Below, piece by piece: positions 10,754 through 23,249 of a DNA stretch of 64,000 nt. The translations under genes were made by a program, and so were the position numbers. The DNA is from Octopus sinensis (taxonomy: Eukaryota). The stretch is from the NCBI RefSeq assembly GCF_006345805.1, contig NC_043001.1:11222001-11286000 (forward strand), read 5' to 3'. How positions within the stretch are numbered: the first letter of the stretch is position 1; each line of letters starts with the position of its first letter. The notes beneath the pieces are model-generated. The model saw only the letters and a list, made by a program, of their open reading frames with translations. It was not told the origin of the DNA and did no database searches.

Positions 10754-11691
10754 GCGATAAACTGGCAGAATCGTTAGCATGGCGGGCAAAATGCTTAGCA
10801 GTATTTTGTCTGTCTTTATGTTCTGGGTACAAATTCCGCCGAGATCGACTTTGCCTTTCATCCTTTCGGGTTCGATAAATTAAGTACCAGTTGCACACTG
10901 GGGTCAATCTAATTGACTGGCCATTCCCCCAAAATTTTGGGCCTTGTGCCTAGAGTAGAAAAGAATATTTTTAATTCTTTTCGTCTGTCCTTACGTTCTG
11001 AGTTCAAATTCCACCAAGGTTGACTTTGCCTTTCATGCTTTTGGGGCCCATAAATTAAGTACCATTTGTGTACTGGTGTCAATCTAATCGACTGCATCCC
11101 CACTTCCTCCAAAATTTTAGGCCTTGTGCCTAGAGTAAAAAAGAATATTTTAAATTCTTTTCGTCTGTCTGACTTCAAATTCCACCGATCTCGACTTTGC
11201 TTTTCATCCTTTCGAGTTGATAAATTAAGTACCAGTTGTGTATTGGTGTTGATCTAATTGACTGGCTCCCCCCACTTCCCCCAAAATTTCAGGTCTTGTG
11301 CCTAGAGTAAAAAAGTATATTTTTAATTCTTTCCGTCTGTCCTTACGTTCTGAGTTCAAATTCCACCGAGGTTGACTTTGGTTTTCATCCTTTCGGGTCG
11401 ATAAATTAAGTACCAGTTGCGTACTGGTGTTGATCTAATCGACTGGCTCCCCCCACTTCCCCCTAAATTTCAGGCCTTGTGCCTAGAGTAAAAAAGAATA
11501 TTTTTAATTCTTTCCGTCTGTCCTTACGTTCTGAGTTCAAATTCCACCGAGGTTGACTTTGGTTTTCATCCTTTCGGGTCGATAAATTAAGTACTAGTTG
11601 TGTACTGGAGTCGATTTAATCGACTGGCCCCCCTCCCCCCAAATTTCAGACCTTGTGCCTAGAGTAGAAAAAAAAGCATTTTTAATTCTTT
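10754..11691 (+). mobile_element. SINE-A expanded in place to five tandem ~172-181 bp units
   Basis: Single head at 10754. GACTTTG core at ~10848, 11022, 11194, 11374 and 11555. ATTTTTAATTCTTT occurs upstream, at each junction and downstream. Confidence 0.9.
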
Positions 11692-12054
11692 AATTAGTGG
11701 AGTATTAATAATCTAAACTAGAACAAAATATGCAGTCGAGAGAGCGTTTTATTGGATGACTAATATTACGGTCTTATTTTTTCCTAGCAACTACAGCAGA
11801 CAATTGAAGACATTTCTGACTTATGCCAATGTCTTCAATATAGTTGAAGTCTCCAGAGTAATTTGATGAAGAGAACACAAATCAATTACTCTGTAAATAG
11901 AGAGAAATATATATTTGTTGGTTCAGGAAAATAGAATTGTTTAGAAGATAAATAATTGTCGAGACGCCGCCATCCACATGCAAAACAGCAGTTAAGAGGA
12001 TATCTATTGTTGACTTAACTCATTGAGATTTAAAGAGCCTATGTAGAATAATAT

Positions 12055-12354
12055 GTGGAGGTGCAATGGCCCAGTGGTTTGGGCAGCGGACTCGCGGTCG
12101 TAGGATCGCGGTTTCGATTCCCAGACCGGGCGTTGTGAGTGTTTATTGAGCGTAAACACCTTAAAAGCTCCACGAGGCTCCGGTAGGGTGGGGGGGGGTG
12201 ATCCCTGTTGTACTCTTTCTTTCACTCTTTCTTCTGTTGGCCTGCTCGCTTAGCCAGCGGGGTGGCGTCATTCGAAGGCTAAAACAATGCGAACGCATTG
12301 TGACCAGCGATGTGTAACAACATCTGATGGTCTGGTCGATCACGTGATCACGTG
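12055..12354 (+). mobile_element. SINE-C (tRNA-derived) with 14-bp TSD
   Basis: A box TGGCCCAGTGG and B-box-like GGTTTCGATTCC. TSD ATGTAGAATAATAT at 12041-12054 and 12355-12368. Second copy at 42041-42354 (-). Confidence 0.9.
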
Positions 12355-12752
12355 ATGTAGAATAATATATATAAAAAAAGATAAAATGTGGTTAGGACGG
12401 GGGGAAGCTAAAACCCCAAAAAATATTAGTTGCTGACTAAGATAATTTCTTTTATTAAGGTAGCGAGTTGGTAGGATCGTTAGCAGGTTGGGTAAACGAC
12501 TTAGCGACATTTTTTTCCGTTTTCATGTTCTGAGACCAAATACAGCTGAAATTGACTTTGCTTTTCATCCTTTCAGGGTTGATCAAATAAGTACCAGTCA
12601 TTTAGTGTGGTCGACATAATTTGACTAATCTTTTCCCCCCCACCTAAAATTGCTGGCCTCGTTACCAAAATTTCAAAACCAGTATAATTTTCTTTGTATT
12701 TTCTTTCACTTTTTTTTATCATAATTTTTTTAATTATTTTTCTCCCCTTCAG

Positions 12753-12854
12753 ATGTCACAGCGTTTTGTTGACCGCCATTATTCCTTTAACCGAAAAATA
12801 GCTGAAGAAGAGTATCAGAAGCTGACGACCCATAGCATTACCTTCTCATAAAAG
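12753..12854 (+). CDS. Candidate exon, possibly last coding exon of the + strand gene
   Basis: TTTTCTCCCCTTCAG acceptor and AAG|GTAAAT donor. Only phase 0 is long: MSQRFVDRHYSFNRKIAEEEYQKLTTHSITFS*. Phase-compatible with 6331-6498. Confidence 0.4.
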
Positions 12855-13039
12855 GTAAATTATATTTCCTTGTTCTTTAGCTCTGGTTGGCCCTTCACAA
12901 ACAAAGCTACGATGAAAGAACTTCCAGCTTTGGCCATCCTGCCTTTCTTCACTATTTTCATTATCACTACCCTCATCTTGATTTAACATGCATGTAAGAA
13001 ACACCTTTTGAGCGTTGGGCCTCACAGAGGCAATGACAA

Positions 13040-13340
13040 ATGAGCGAGACCTTTAACAATATGTCGTGGTTGAGTAGGAGACCCCTCAAGCCAAGTGAAA
13101 TTGTAACCATGGCTGATACTGGTGTGATGCAACTGGCACCTATGCTAGTGGGGCACCTGTGCCAGTGGCACATAAAAGCAGCACCCATTATACTCTCAGA
13201 CTGGTGGCATTAGGAAAGGCATCTAGTCATAGAACCCATGCCAAATCGTTTTGGAGTCTAGTGTAGCCCCTCAGCTTACCAGCCCTGGTCAAACCATCGG
13301 CCCCATGCCAGCATGGACAACAGATGTTAAACGATGATGA
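13040..13340 (+). mobile_element. RTE 3'-end fragment
   Basis: GCATTAGGAAAGGCATC..CCATGCCAGCATGG..GTTAAACGATGATG. Other fragments at 14610-14890 (-) and 22215-22650 (+). Confidence 0.75.
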
Positions 13341-14027
13341 TTATGATGATGATGATGACGAATTTTTTTATGCTTGAATGACTTAGAATTTGTCAAGGTA
13401 GATTTTTTTTTCCTGTCCAGACTCCCTTTCTGCTATCAGCTCCCATCTGTTTCCAGACTGGGTAATATTTGCCATAGCCAGTCATGACTGTCATGGGAGA
13501 CTGAAAACAAACAACACCACTTGTATGACGGTGATGCTCATTTACAGCCACCATGTGAAGTCAAGACAAGGGGGACACGCAAACACATATACACTGGCCC
13601 TTTATCAGGCATTCAGTCAAAATGCTAAGGGATTTGTCATCCACCAGCCTATACTACTAATATTAGTTTCAAATTTTGGCACAAGGCCAGTAATTTGTAG
13701 GAGTAGGGTTGGACAGGGGCAAGGCAGTTAAGTTGATTACATCAGCCCCAGTATTCAACTGGTACTTAGTTTATTGACCCTGAAAGGACAAAAGGCAAAG
13801 TTGACTTTGGTGGAATTTGAACTCAGAACACAAGGATAGACAAAGTGTCACTAAGCATTTTTCCAGGAATGCTGATGATTCTGCCAGCTGCCTTCCAGGT
13901 TTTATTAATGTTAAATTGCATGGTTAATTGCTCCTCTTTTCGACCTCCGTGTAGTTAAAGGCCTCTGGCAGTTTTAAGGTCCTTCCTTTGGGTCATATAC
14001 ACCTTCTGCATTGACTCCTTAAATTCT

Positions 14028-14243
14028 TTTCTACTCTAGGCACAAGGCCTGAATTTTTGGCCAGTGGGGGGGCAGTTGATTAGATTGACCCCAATACACA
14101 ACTGGTACTTAATTTATTGACCCCGAAAGGATGAAAGGCAAAGTTGACCATGGCAGAATTTGAACTCAGAACGTAGCAGCAGACGAAATACCGCTAAGCA
14201 TTTTGCCCGGCATGCTACCGTTTCTGCCAGCTCGCTGCCTTAA
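14028..14243 (-). mobile_element. SINE-A monomer with ~15-bp TSD
   Basis: TGACTCCTTAAATTC flanks both ends (~14013 and ~14247). Confidence 0.85.
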
Positions 14244-15837
14244 TTTTGACTCCTTAAATTCAAAACCAAAGGGACCAGCAACATGTTTTCAAAATTCTGA
14301 TATTCTAAGCAAAATTTCGAAGCTTCTTTGTGGTTAATCTACTTGCTAAAACTAGCAGTCAAATCTCAATCAAATTACACTTGTTATGTTCAGAGAGGCA
14401 AGACCCCCCCAACCCCCATCCCTACTCTGCCAAAAGCAAAAAACCCCAAAAAACACAGGGTTTTACTTTGCAAGAGACAGTAAGTGTGATAATAGGTTGG
14501 GCTGGAATGGCCATGGCTAGAATGTCGTTGAATGTTTTCTCGATAAGGACCAGCTTAGGGCTGAACAACAATAATTGCAACAACAACATTTATAGTAAAC
14601 GCCATCATCCACATCACTGCCATTATCGTTTTTAACATCCCCTTTTTCATGCTTGCATGGGTCGGACAGAATTTGGCGAGACAGATCTTCAACATCTGGA
14701 TGCTCTTCCCGTTGCCAAACCTCATCTGTTTCCCCATAACCAGATGAGTTTGTCATGGGAGATGAGAAACAAACAGAATTGCTTGTATGATGGTGATGCA
14801 CATTTGCAGCCACCGGATGATGTCGAAACAAGTGGTCACTCAAAGACATGGCACCAGTGCCATCACTAGTGCTTTTCACATGGCTCCATCAAATTTATTA
14901 TTCTTAAACAAGAATATTATTTATGTTATTTACATTTGACAGATATTTGTCCTCATCTTATAGAGAATAAGTCCTGGGATTAGTTTGTTTAACTAAAGGC
15001 GGTGCTCCAGCATGGCCGCAGTCAAATGACTGAAAGAAATAAAACAATGAAAGAATAAAAGAATATATGTATATATATTTCACTTGGGCATTGTGAGACT
15101 AATGACCTAGTGTAGTACTCAATACATGTAGAATTTGGAAGGAAGTGCATTCTGAGTATAGAGCAGTATTAACGAAGAGAGATGACAGAGAAATATATGG
15201 TTACCATATGAACTTCATGAGGAATTTACTCGTTTTTTGTCATCTCTTTTTCTTACATACGGATATGCATATAAGCATATAAGCATACACACAATCACAA
15301 ACACACACAAAAATAGACACACACACAAACACCCACGCACATACACCTACACCCACAAACACACACACACACACACACACACAAACAAACGCACACAAGC
15401 ACTCACAAACATAAATGCACACACGCAAACACACACACAAACTCACAAGCACAAACACACACACGCACAAGCACCCACACTCCCACAAAGCCACAGACAC
15501 ACACAAAGACACAAACACTCACACAATTACACACACACATGCACACAACCAGACACAAATATGCATGCATGCACACACACACACACACACACACACAAAC
15601 ATACACGTGTATCCGATAGGCTTGTTTCAGTTTCCATCTACCAAATCCCCAATTTGCAGCTGTGCCCTGCCTTGGTATTGAACCCAGCACCAAACGGTCA
15701 GGAAGCCAGCTTTGAACCACACAGCCACGCCTACTCACAACAGTGTCATATGTTCAGAGATATTTATATTATCAGCATGTATACATACAGATATATCATT
15801 ATTGTCATCTTCCTCCTCTTTCACATCATCATCATCA

Positions 15838-15916
15838 TCATATTATTATTATTATCATTATTATTATCATTATTATCATTATTATTATTATTATTATTAT
15901 TATTAATATTATTATT

Positions 15917-16000
<84 letters not shown>

Positions 16001-16020
16001 TAGTTTTATTATTATTATTA
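15838..16020. repeat. (ATT/ATC)n microsatellite at the 3' flank of the Dong-like LINE
   Basis: Visible trinucleotide tract. A matching tract lies at 18123-18360. Confidence 0.95.
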
Positions 16021-18122
16021 TTCAGTAGTTTTATTTTTATAGCGTGCTTTCACTTCACTACCGAGCGCAGCTCTGTGTGCCTTGGGTATGTGCTGTGATT
16101 TGTTGTGATGCTCTGATGGTTATTGTATGGAAAGTGTTCTGCGTAGGATGTGTGCAGTGCCTAGTAGTGCAATTTTCTGTATGTTATATGTGTTTGTAAG
16201 TCCTGGTGTTTTTGTTATGTATTTGTCTGAATATTTTTTTATCATGCCTAATGCACCTACTATGATAGGAATTGTTTCTGTTTTTAGATTCCACATTCTG
16301 GTTACCTCTATTTCCAGGTCTTTGTATTTTGAGAGTTTCTCCATTTCTTTTAGAGACACGTTGTCATCAGCCGGTATTGATACATCAATTAGAAAGCATT
16401 TTTTTTCTTCATGATCTCTGACAACTATATCTGGTCTGTTGGCCTTAATTTCTCTATCTGTGTGTATCAGCATATCCCAGAGTATGGTTGCTTTCTCGTT
16501 TTCTGTGACCTTTTCTGGTGTGTGCCTATACCATCTTTTTCTGTTGTTATTCCATAATGTTGGCATAGCTTCCAATGTATGTAGGTTCCAACTCTGTCAT
16601 GTCTGTGAATATATTCCTTCTTAGCCAGGACTGGGCAGCTAGAGATAATATGATTTATTGTTTCTTGTCCATCTCCACATATTCTGCAGTTACTTGTAAT
16701 ATTTCTTTTCATTACATGTTTTTGGTAATTTCTGGTGGGGAGGCTTTGGTCTTGTGCTGCAATTAAAAATCCCTCTGTTTCTGCTTTGAGTCCTGAGCTT
16801 CTCAACCATTGCTGGGATTTTTCTTTGTCTATTTCTTTTGCGTTTAGTTTAGTGCAGTATTTACCATGAAGGGGCTTTTCTTGCCATCGTTTTATCATGG
16901 CTCGTTGCTGTTCTATTTTTAGTTTGGATTTCATTTGTTTTATAGCTTTTGTTGTTTCTTCATAATCTTCTTCTTCTTCTTTGTGTTTATTAGGTGGTAT
17001 GATTTCTTGTTTGTATTTGTCAGCTTCCTTAAATACTGAGAACAGTTTTTTGTTTTGCTCGTGTTTTGCTGCTATCTGGATCAGTTTTCCTTCCTTCTGA
17101 AGTAGGTATTTTTGCAGTCCTATGGTGGTTATTTTATAGTAGTTTCCAGCTGTATAAGGCCTCTACCACCTTCTATACGTTGTATATATAGTCTTTCTAT
17201 GTCAGATTTGGGGTGATGCATCCTAGATCCTGTCAGTATTTTTCTTGTTTTCCTATCTATTTTGGACAGTTCATTTCGTGTCCAGTTAAGGATATTGTAG
17301 CTGTAACTTATAACTGGGACAGCTAAAGTGTTGATACCTATTATCTTGTTTTTAGCATTGAGCTCTGTTTTTAGTATTGATCTAACTCGTCTATAATATT
17401 CTTTTTTATTTTCTCTTTCATTTGTGTGTGTTGTGTCTTATCTAGTTCATGGATTCCTAAGTATTTGTAAGTTTGGCTTTGGTCTAATTCTTTTATTTCA
17501 TTGGTTTTATCTAGTGTGATGTTGTTACTCTTAACTAGTTTTCCTCTTTTCATGGTTACTTTGGCGCATTTTTCTAATCCAAATTTCATATCTATTTCTT
17601 TGGTAAATCCATGAACTGTCTTTAATAGTGTTTCCAGCTGTTTGTCATTTGCACCGTATAGTTTTAGGTCATCCATATATAAAAGGTGGCTGATCGTTTT
17701 GCCGTAACATTTATATCCGCATCCAGTTCTATTTAGCATATCAGATAGAGGTGACAGTGCCAAGCAGAAAAGGAGTGGAGAGAGCGTGTCTCCCTGAATA
17801 TTCCTCTTCTAATGGGGATGTCTTGGTTTTCATGAGTCCCTCTTTTGTTTGGAGGTGTAGGACTGTTTGCCATTTATTCATAGAGTGCTCTATGAATTTT
17901 ATGATTGTTGGTGCTACTTTGTCAATGGCTAGTGTTTCGAGGATCCATGTGTGGGGGATGCTATCAAACGCCTTTTTGTAGTCAATCCAGGCCATACTGA
18001 GGCCTTTCTTCTTTCTGTGGCTGTCTTCAGTTACGGCTTTATTAATCATTAGTTGATCTTTACAGCCATATGAGCCCTTGCGGCATCCTTTCTGCTCTTC
18101 TGGGAACAGTTTGTTTTCGTCC
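16020..18122 (-). mobile_element. R4/Dong-clade non-LTR retrotransposon, 5'-truncated and frameshifted
   Basis: RT motifs WIDYKKAFDSIPH and LLYMDDLKLY. CRICGDGQETINHIISSC zinc knuckle. RPDIVVRD..LIDVSIP..K..KY restriction-like endonuclease. Embedded in (TAA)n. Confidence 0.93.
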
Positions 18123-18141
18123 TTTATTATTATTATTATTA

Positions 18142-18216
<75 letters not shown>

Positions 18217-18217
18217 T

Positions 18218-18291
<74 letters not shown>

Positions 18292-18316
18292 CATTATCAT
18301 ATCATTATTATTATTA

Positions 18317-18354
<38 letters not shown>

Positions 18355-19154
18355 GTTGTTGTTGCTGTTGTTGTTATCTTCCTCTTTTGATATCTTTCAG
18401 GAATTATTTGGCAGGAATTATTTGGGGGGGGGCGGGGAAAGTCTGATAAATGATAATAGATACAGAGAAATATCGTTTATTCGATAATTGCCAAAGATTG
18501 ATAATTCCATTTACACTTTGCAGGAAGCCATTAGCAACAATGCACTTGACTCACCCGAACAAAGTGAGCACCAATTTGCGAACCTATGGTTGGTATATTC
18601 CAAACAGCAACAGTCATAGAAACGGCAACTCTCCAACAGCGAAACAACAGTGGTAAGCAGAAATGGTAGGATTGAGAGCAAGAACAGTCGCAAGAGCAGG
18701 TCTTATGTCCTCTTTGAATCCTTGAATCTGCCGGTGCCTGTTTCTTCATCGCTATTACTGTTAAATCGTTGTCTCTGTCAATACACCGACAATATATTTT
18801 TAATCAATGATTCTATGGATTAAAAACGCTAAATAAAGAGGCTACAATAATGTTTATTTTTCTTCCTTTATTTCTAACCTTGTAAAGTTGGCCTGTTTAA
18901 TGCAAGACATTGCTTAAGCCTCTACAAATAATGCCTATCTGTGTTATCTATTGATTAAACTATTTCACGCTGTGGGTTACTTTTATTTGTGATTATTTTT
19001 TCAGATATTTTTCTGTCTTTTTATTTTGTTTTATTTCAGTTTCTTTATTCATTTTTTTTTTTTTTTTTTTTTTTTGCAATCTCTCTCTCTATTGACAAAC
19101 TCAAAAGCAGTCTGATGGAATCGATTCTTCATACAGTTGTTTTTCTGCAACCAT

Positions 19155-20029
19155 TTAACATTCACAAAGAATTCCGCTGATGAGGTTCAATTCAGTCAGT
19201 TTAATCCGTTCCTCTGCGAATAGAAAAACATTTCAAACATCATTGAATGGAAGCAGAAATGGTGAATGGATTTCTCTCTGTTAACCTTCCCCGAAATTCA
19301 TGATGATTAAACAAGAAATGCGGGGAGACCCTGCTTTGAATTTGATCAGCAATTACCCTCAGGAAATTGAAATCCCTCTCTGTAGATTTGCGATAAAGAA
19401 AGCAAATAGTGTTGTAACTGTAATGGCTGAAAGAACTATTGAAATACGTGAGAAGTGAGTGTAAAGTGCTTCCAAATGATTGCCTTCCGTTGTACCGACT
19501 GCATTTGTGAGTTATATAGATGAAAGATTCCTTTAATTGGGATATTTCACACTTGGGCAAGACAAATCTATTAAAGAAAGGCCTTATTGTGTAATCAATC
19601 AATGTTAGATAACAGTCAAAATCTCTCTCAATTATCTGTCTGTCTAGTAGACCTCTTACTCTCTCTGTCTGACATTGTATCTCTTACTCTCTCTCTCTCT
19701 CTCTCTCTCCTTATATATATACATATATATATATGTATATATATGTATATATATATATGTATATATATGTATAAATATATGTATATATATATGTATATAT
19801 ATATATGTGTATATATATAAAGGTTTATATATGTATATATATGTATATGTATATATATATATAATATGTGTACAATATATATATGTATGTATATATATAT
19901 ACATATATATATATATTATATATATATATGTGTATATATATATATGTAATTATATATATATATATATATATACATATATATATACATATATGTATATATA
20001 TATTACATATATGTATATATACATATATG

Positions 20030-20072
<43 letters not shown>

Positions 20073-20469
20073 TGTATATAATTACATATATATATATACA
20101 TACTATTATATATATATATTATATAATATATATATCGCTCTCCCTCGCTCTCTTTCATCCCTCTTCACACGCTCTCTTTCACTGTTCTCTTCTTTCTTTA
20201 TCTTTTTATTTCCTTCAATTACTTCCATTTAATGTTTTTCTCTTCACTTCATTTTCAATAATCACTTCTCACGCCTCATGTGGCCACATGGGCGGAGTGT
20301 CGTCAAACGTTTGGCACAACTGATCGCACCTTCCACACCAGTTACCTGCATAAATTAATATATAAAAGAACTTCCCCCACCAAATCAATTGATTAGATCT
20401 ATAACACGACCGTTCAAACAACCTGCTACTTACCAAACTGTAGTAAATGGTATTCATTCCATATTCCTT
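19155..20469 (-). CDS. Candidate five-exon 3' part of an unidentified Cys-containing protein
   Basis: Exons 20469-20434, 20345-20273, 19567-19496, 19379-19357 and 19213-19155 have GT-AG introns with concordant phases. They join to [86 protein letters not shown]. Confidence 0.4.
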
Positions 20470-20900
20470 CTGGAAAGGACACCAAAATGTATCTAGCAGA
20501 CTATGTCTAACTTTGGTATTAATTACAAACGCAAGCTCTGGCTTCTTACCAACAACTACCACCTGATCGATAACGTTAAATTCTTGCAATCAATATAGTC
20601 GGAATAATTAAATTCTTTGCATACAATTAAAACGCATAAAATTATTTATAGGGAAGGCCAGTGAGTTGAAGTTTAATAATTCCAATGTTTCCTGAAAGAT
20701 ATCAAAAGAGGAAGACAACAACAACAACAACAACAGCAACAACAATGATGATGATGATGATGATAATAATAATAATAATAATAATATGATGATGATGATG
20801 ATGATGATGATGTGAAAGAGGAGGAAGATGACAACAATGATATATCTATATATACATGCTGATAATATAAATATCTCTGAACATATTACACTTTTAAGCT

Positions 20901-20938
<38 letters not shown>

Positions 20939-21723
20939 CCTCTCTCTCTCTCTGTATATATGTATGTATAGTTATACATATGTTTATCTGTGTATGTATG
21001 TGTATATATGTATATATATATATATATGCATATGTATTTACAGACATTCATACATATACATACACACACACACGTGTGCGTGCGCGTGTATGTGTATCTA
21101 TGAATTTCCGGACCACATGGTTCCAGGTTCAGTCCCACTGCATTGCACCTTGGGCAAGTGTTTTCTACTATAGCCTCGGGCTGACCAAAGCCTCCTAAGT
21201 GGATTCATTAGACAGAAACTGTATGATACCTTAAATATATATATGTTGTGTATATATATATATATATAAGGAAAATAAGACAAGGTAGAAAATTTCAAAA
21301 TAATTTTATCATGAAGAACATTTTAGTACCGGTTTCAGCCTTTGCGACTTTTTCAATTTAGTGTAAAGCATAAAAACCAATTAAATTGTGGAAAAATTAA
21401 ATGAATTTAAAAAAAAAAATATTTCCATAGTTTTTAAATGCAAAGGACATTTTCCTTTTTTCTGTCTGTCTCTCTCTCTCATTTTTACTCTTGTGAGAGC
21501 TTGGTAGTAATTAGCAGGTAGTAGCAGTCCTAATATATATAATCAATCCAAGGAAAAAAATCTCTTTTTCCTCAAAGGGATGTAAAACATCCAATTTTCA
21601 TTGGTTCTTCAGTTAGATGCCACAATATAGTAGAGAAAAAAATGGTATAATTTAAATATATAAATATTGAAGGAAATAGAGAAATACAATTGACTTATTA
21701 AAAATTTATTTACATTATAATAT

Positions 21724-22115
21724 AACTAGTAGTATCTCCCGGCGTTGCTCGGGTTTGTTTCGACCCTTTAGAATTGGAATTTTTGAAAAGTAAAAATTTT
21801 GCATTATGTAGCTTGTTATTCGCTTTAAGTGAACATTTTTCTGGTTGAAATACACCGAAAAATGGCGACACGGCAGTCAAAAAATCGTAAAAAAATAGGG
21901 ATTTTCATAGAAAAAAAGCACCTTTTTGATGTAAATAATTTTTGGTGTTAACATGGTCCGATTTGAATTTTTTCTTCTACCAAATAAAGAGCAAGCCTTC
22001 TTCTATCACACTCTCAGTTTTGGTCAACTTGCACCGCAGGGTCTCGTGGGATATAGTGTTAGTTGAAGGCTACCAAACCTGCCATACACAGACAACTTCA
22101 GCTTTATATAGAGAG
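21724..22115 (+). mobile_element. Helentron/DINE-like element, family H1
   Basis: ACTAGTAGTATCTCCCGGCGTTGCTCGGG ... ACAGACAACTTCAGCTTTATATA. Near-identical to 24195-24561, 27487-27860 and 37530-37895. Confidence 0.8.
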
Positions 22116-22649
22116 AGATTTTACTATAAAAACATATTATATAATATAATAAAAGATAATATACGAAATATATATATATTAAAAAAATATATATATCCTA
22201 CAAATATATACATATATCAGAGAGATTGAGTGTGACACAGAATGTGACGTGGTTGAGGAGACCTGCTGAGTCAAGTACATCAACATCAAAATAATAAATC
22301 AAATGGAAATTGTATTTGTGATACCTGTACCGGTGGCACGTAAAAAGCACCATCTGAACGTTGGCGATGCCAGCGCCGCCTTGACTGGCTTCCGTGTCGG
22401 TGGCACATAAAAGCGCCAACCGATCGTGATCACTGCCAGCCTCCCCTGGCACCTGTGCCGGTGGCACGTAAAAGGCACCCACTACATTCACGGAGTTGTT
22501 GGCATTAGGAAGGGCATCCAGCTGTAGAATACTGCCAGATCAGACTGGAGCCTGGTACAGCCTCCTGGCTTCCAAGAACCCGGTCGAATCGTCCAACCCA
22601 TGCTAGCATGGAAAACGGACGTTAAACGATGATAATGAGGATGATGATG

Positions 22650-22785
22650 ACCGCGTGTATCGTTGGCGATTTTTTTCTCTGTCTTCCCTTCCTTGGACCT
22701 TTCCTTTTTCTATGTTTCTGATGAAGAGCTCCGCTCGAAATGTTAAATCATCCTCCTTTCTTTCCTTTCCTGAGCAGTAAAGAAA
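22650..22785 (+). mobile_element. Penelope-type terminal fragment with minimal hammerhead-like motif
   Basis: GTTT-CTGATGA-A-GAGC-TCC-GCTC-GAAA-TGTT-AAAT at 22714-22748 in CT-rich context. Confidence 0.6.
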
Positions 22786-22789
22786 TAAG

Positions 22790-23172
22790 AAACGTTAGCA
22801 GGCCGGGTGAAATGCTTAGTAGTATTTCGTTTCTCTTTACGTTCTGAGTTCAAATTCCGCCGGTGTTGATGTTGCCGTTCATCATTTCGGGGTCGATAAA
22901 TTAAGTACCAGTTACGCACTGGGGTCGATATAATCGCCTTAATCCGTCTGTCTGTCCTTGTATGTCTCCTCTGTGTTTAGTCCCTTGTGGGTAGTAAAGA
23001 AATAGGTATTTTGTTTGTCTTTACGTTCCGAGTTCAAATTCCGCCGAGGTTGACTTTGCCTTTCATCATTTCGGGGTCTATAAATTAAGTACTAGTTGCA
23101 TACTAGGAGTCAATCTAATCGACTGGCCCCTCCTCCCCTCAAATTTTGGGCCTTGTTCCTAGAGTAGGAAAG
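22790..23172 (+). mobile_element. SINE-A dimer (tail 1 then tail 2)
   Basis: Two central domains joined by AAAGAAATAGGTATTT. Confidence 0.85.
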
Positions 23173-23249
23173 AAAATTATAATTAAAGAGTCATTTACTA
23201 TTGAAATATTTAAATGTTTGTTTCTATATTTGAATAAAATACTTTCTGT

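Noticed and set aside
15237-16028. 263-aa ORF and other long low-complexity ORFs (19675, 23852, 25218-25940, 49524, 63098)
   Set aside because: These are translations of CA, TA, CATA, CTAT and ATT microsatellites.
19178-19230. CTGATGAG as a hammerhead core
   Set aside because: No complementary stem II followed by GAAA.
20269-20589. Thioredoxin from the WCGRC motif
   Set aside because: The apparent FYxxxWCxxC context crosses a predicted intron, and the rest lacks thioredoxin-fold motifs.
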